This document shows positions 60,401-64,000 of a stretch of 64,000 nt of DNA, piece after piece. The notes below the pieces were generated by a model that was given only the letters and a program-made list of their open reading frames with translations, had not been told where the DNA came from and did not search any database. The DNA comes from Selaginella moellendorffii. Taxonomy: Eukaryota; Plantae; Lycopodiophyta. The DNA lies in the NCBI RefSeq assembly GCF_000143415.4, contig NW_003314291.1:341391-405390 (forward strand), in the 5' to 3' direction. Positions within the stretch are counted from its first letter, which is position 1, and each line of letters starts with the position of its first letter. The position numbers and the translations under genes are program-made.

Positions 60401-62068
60401 TCTCATGACCCATAGTATGCTTAAGCCACAAACATCTTTTTGCCCATTCTTTCGACATCTAACACCGATGTCCGTAAAATGCAAATGGAACATCCAAGGC
60501 TTGATCACGAAGACCACATCTTCGAATATCCATATTGCACTAACACTCTTCTTCAACCATCTTTAAGATCCAATGTGAAGCCCAAACACTAACAAGAAAA
60601 ATGACATAGAAAATCAAGTTCTAAGGAAACTTCCTCATCACTCGAAAATAACAATGCCACTTCCACTAACACAAGTGCTAGCAATGTCAATGCCTCAACT
60701 TCACACCTTCTCTATCCAACAATCTACTCCAAGTGCTAGCGGATCAACCGACAAGCTATAACAAGTGAATGCTATAACCCTTTTTCAAACACCTTAGTGG
60801 GCAAACTCAAGGAAACAAGGTACCAACTCAAGCTTAGCATAATGGTCCACCATTGAGAATCTAGTCAAAGCTACTACAATGCTACTACGTGCAAGTAGAT
60901 TAGCTTCTCCATCAACCACTTTGGGGTTGATCATCGTTAACCAAGCAACTTCGTAAACACATTGCTCATTATCACATGGATATGATATAAGTATCACAAT
61001 GACTTGATCATCAATCAAGCAACAATATAAGCAATGCCAATGTCATTACTTCAAAGGTTTATGTGAGCATCAAGTGCCAACTCAATTCAACAAAATGCAA
61101 CATAAATGCCACACTCCACCGATAGAGTTTTATAACACCCAACACCACTAACTTTTTGTTCACAACATGGACAAACTCATGCCACTCTCTTTCTGACCAA
61201 ACTCAACACTAATCCAATACCAAGCTACTCAAGGAGCAATAGCAAGGTTCCCCGGAAAAGAATTGAGCATTGCAACCCAAGTCTTCCGATAGCAAGTCTA
61301 AACAAAATGGTTTAGCGTTTCACCGCTATCCATCCCATGACTCACCATTTGTAAGACCATCATTTCCAACATGCATCAAGATAGGGACTCTTGATTGCAT
61401 AATGTGAACACGAGCAATGAGTCACACCTCATTGCAAATCATTTCTCCAAGAGAAGATGATTTACGTGTTTGATCCTTCGTCCCCGATGACTCTCTTTTC
61501 GGTCTCATCTTTGACTACGCTTCAAGCTTGCGTTCGCACTGCCTTCAGTCCAATCCAAGAAAAGTTTATAAGAGAGCACGGCAATGATTACTTGAACCAA
61601 TAGACTAATCCCTATAATCTTGATTGATCCACTTGTAATCATGCCTAGGAAGGATCTACTAGTGCCGTGCTAAACAGCTACGGACCAGCCTATTTGCCAC
61701 TCATAGCAAACCCAGGGAAGGTTTGCTTTCACCCACGGTACATGGAACAACTCATGGAACCACTGATAAGCTAACATTAATCCTGCCAACTCAAAGTGTA
61801 ACCTTGAGTTGCTAATGTGCCTCACACACGAGCCCAAGCTCAAACTCGTACTAACGGAGCATCTCAAATCCATCATATGAGCCCAAGAGCAAGCTCACAT
61901 TATTAGGTACAAAAGGTAACTAAAACCATACCCAAGGAACAAATGTGAACCCTTTGCACCAAAACGTGTACCCACTCGGATCATCGTTTTCATCTCTGCG
62001 TATGCAACGAGACTAGTTGCCCAATCTCATTGAATAGTACTCGCTGAGACTCTTGCTCTGATACCAAA

Positions 62069-63214
62069 TGTAGCGCACGTGGTTTTGACCCTTTATCCTA
62101 TGGTGATTTACCATAGGATAACACCACGAAGCGGAACCTAAACCCTCTTTGTGCCACGTGATGGATGCCACGTGTCACATGCCACGTGTCCATGCCACGT
62201 GTCCATAAGAACCCGAGGTTCAGGGCCTTGGGCCACTGAACAAAGGAATGGTGCCAAACTCCCAAGCATGGAGCCAAGGAGTGACGGAACCGAACCACGG
62301 AGCAACTCCTGAGCATGAAGCCCAAAGAGCGAAGGGACAGGAGCCCAAAGCGACTTGGAACAGTCCTAGAGTAACCAGCATCCTAATGCCAGGACCAGCA
62401 CGCAAAATGGAGCCAAACGGAGTCTAGCGCTATTTTGGCATACCGGTGGCCTAACGCGAGGATATGGGTACTCCACCAACTAGCATGGAATGGAACTTGG
62501 GCTTAGACCCAAGCCGGACGCAGAACAAGGACAGGCACGCAAGCGGGAGCTAGACTATGCCTCAGGTTGGTCGCCATGCCCGACCTACCCACTATCCCTA
62601 CTATACATTTGGAACCCCCCACAGCCCCCCCCCCTTGAGGAACACACGCTTTGGGCTTTCACCCCAAGCCTCCCTTAGTATCAGGAGTTAGTCTCTGGGA
62701 CAAGCTCGAAACTTACTAAATATGGAATGTCCTTAGATTGCGAATTTGGACACGGGACGAACACCATTGTGTTCAGACCGATCTCTACATTCCGTAGATA
62801 TGCCAAATGAGCAAATCTGGACACTTTCCATAAATAGCATTTGGGACCGAAATGAGACTAACACAAAGGGCATGATAGCGAGGGTGTTTGGCAGACACGG
62901 TAAGCTATCATCCAGCGATATTGAGGGACCAATCTCAATACGCGAGGGTTCTTGTCAAGCCAGTGCAAGACAGAGCAAAAGAGAACTAACAAGCCGGGCC
63001 AAGTATGCTCAGCTAAATAGACACTTAGGAATTCCTTCCTTATGCTCATCCGGCCAAGTACAGATGCAAAGTCCAGTTTACTAACACTTGAACAAGAGGG
63101 GCCAATAAAGGGAACCAGCAGTACCGACCTCCTGCCATCGTGGCAGTAAGGTAAGAGTGTCCGTAAGGACTAGTCGATAGGTAACTTTCGATACCCGAAG
63201 TCACATGCGCGACA
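62069..63214 (-). repeat. 5' LTR of non-autonomous element (1146 bp)
   Basis: About 3 differences from 57362-58403 over the comparable ~1040 bp. Confidence 0.92.
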
Positions 63215-64000
63215 GTTTCACTGACCGAACCAAGATCGACGTCCTCGTCGATGCATACTTGAGTCTAGAATACCGCCAAGGAAACAACTCCAGAAAAAGT
63301 TCACGGTACTCACACTATGTGAGAAATGCACCAACTTAAATGAGTTAGGGGGCAACCTCTTTGTCTAACGCGGATGCGCTACCAGCTCAGACACCTTCCG
63401 GCCGTCGCCGACAAGGAAATGACCAACGGAGTTAGCCACCCTTGCTGCTCTGGGAGTCACCCAGCTTACAAAAGTGTGATATGCCCCTGCCCCCAGGAAC
63501 ATAGAGAGAGAAGCCAGAGGCCCCAACCCTCCTAAGCAAAGAAACCAAACCCGTCGGTAAGGTTTAGATAGACTACTGTAAACAGGCAGTTAGAGTTGTT
63601 TACACGGTCACGCCCTTTCAACAGAATAAGGAACATCGACAGAGAGGCAGGTTATGTGACCAGTCGACAGTAGCTACCCCATGACTAGAGATTTCAACAT
63701 GCACACGAAGTGCCGAAGCCAGTCTGCCTTTACTGGCCCAAACTCAAAGATCAATAGATGGACAATATCAAAGTCAGAGACAATGATATCTTAGAAGCTG
63801 AATTATCAGTGATTATATCTTAGATTAGAACACAAAAGTATTCCAAGTAAGTTATCATCTGATAAACTAGTAGTATAGTGCAGGAACCACCAAGATCATC
63901 ATAATTGGAAAACATAGGATTCACTATCTAATAAAATTCAATAGCTAGTGTATCATCAAGAACACTTAATGATAAAACATAACTATCAAAGATAGCAGAC

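Larger units (their letters stand above)
57362..63214 (-). mobile_element. Young non-autonomous LTR retroelement (LARD-like) with decayed interior
   Basis: LTRs start at 57362 (end hidden in the N gap) and span 62069-63214 (TGTAGCGCAC..ATGCGCGACA). TSD GTTTC (57357-57361, 63215-63219) and canonical iMet PBS TGGTATCAGAGC (62055-62066). No long internal ORF. Confidence 0.9.

Noticed and set aside
63220-64000. GC-moderate sequence after the last TSD
   Set aside because: No ORF, termini or internal homology recognisable within the window.

Overview
Eukaryotic land-plant DNA. The compact genes, ~45-65 bp GT-AG introns and transposon types are most consistent with a lycophyte such as Selaginella (inference). 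The left ~38 kb is a duplicated cluster of small secreted-protein genes. It holds three intact, intronless PEBP-family genes with signal peptides (6000, 11178, 21448), each head-to-head with a truncated BTB/POZ exon in tandem ~5-10 kb duplication units. It also holds three members of a family of secreted Cys/Trp-rich peptides built from 14-aa C-x3-W-x-W-x4-C-x2 repeats: one frameshifted (387), one intact (37442) and one cut by a retrotransposon (38364). Between them lie a decayed AT-rich unknown repeat/gene family, a solo LTR, a 1.5-kb inversion, a young internally deleted non-chromovirus Ty3/Gypsy element (28300-34974) and a 5'-truncated Sec24 pseudogene. The right ~26 kb is a transposon nest: a Ty1/Copia element inserted in the third peptide gene is interrupted by a chromovirus Gypsy element (39302-46824) and by an endonuclease-bearing Helitron (Helentron-like). 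Next come an RPA70-like relic and a young non-autonomous LTR element (57362-63214). There are three N gaps. All assignments come from reading motifs by eye; no database search was run.
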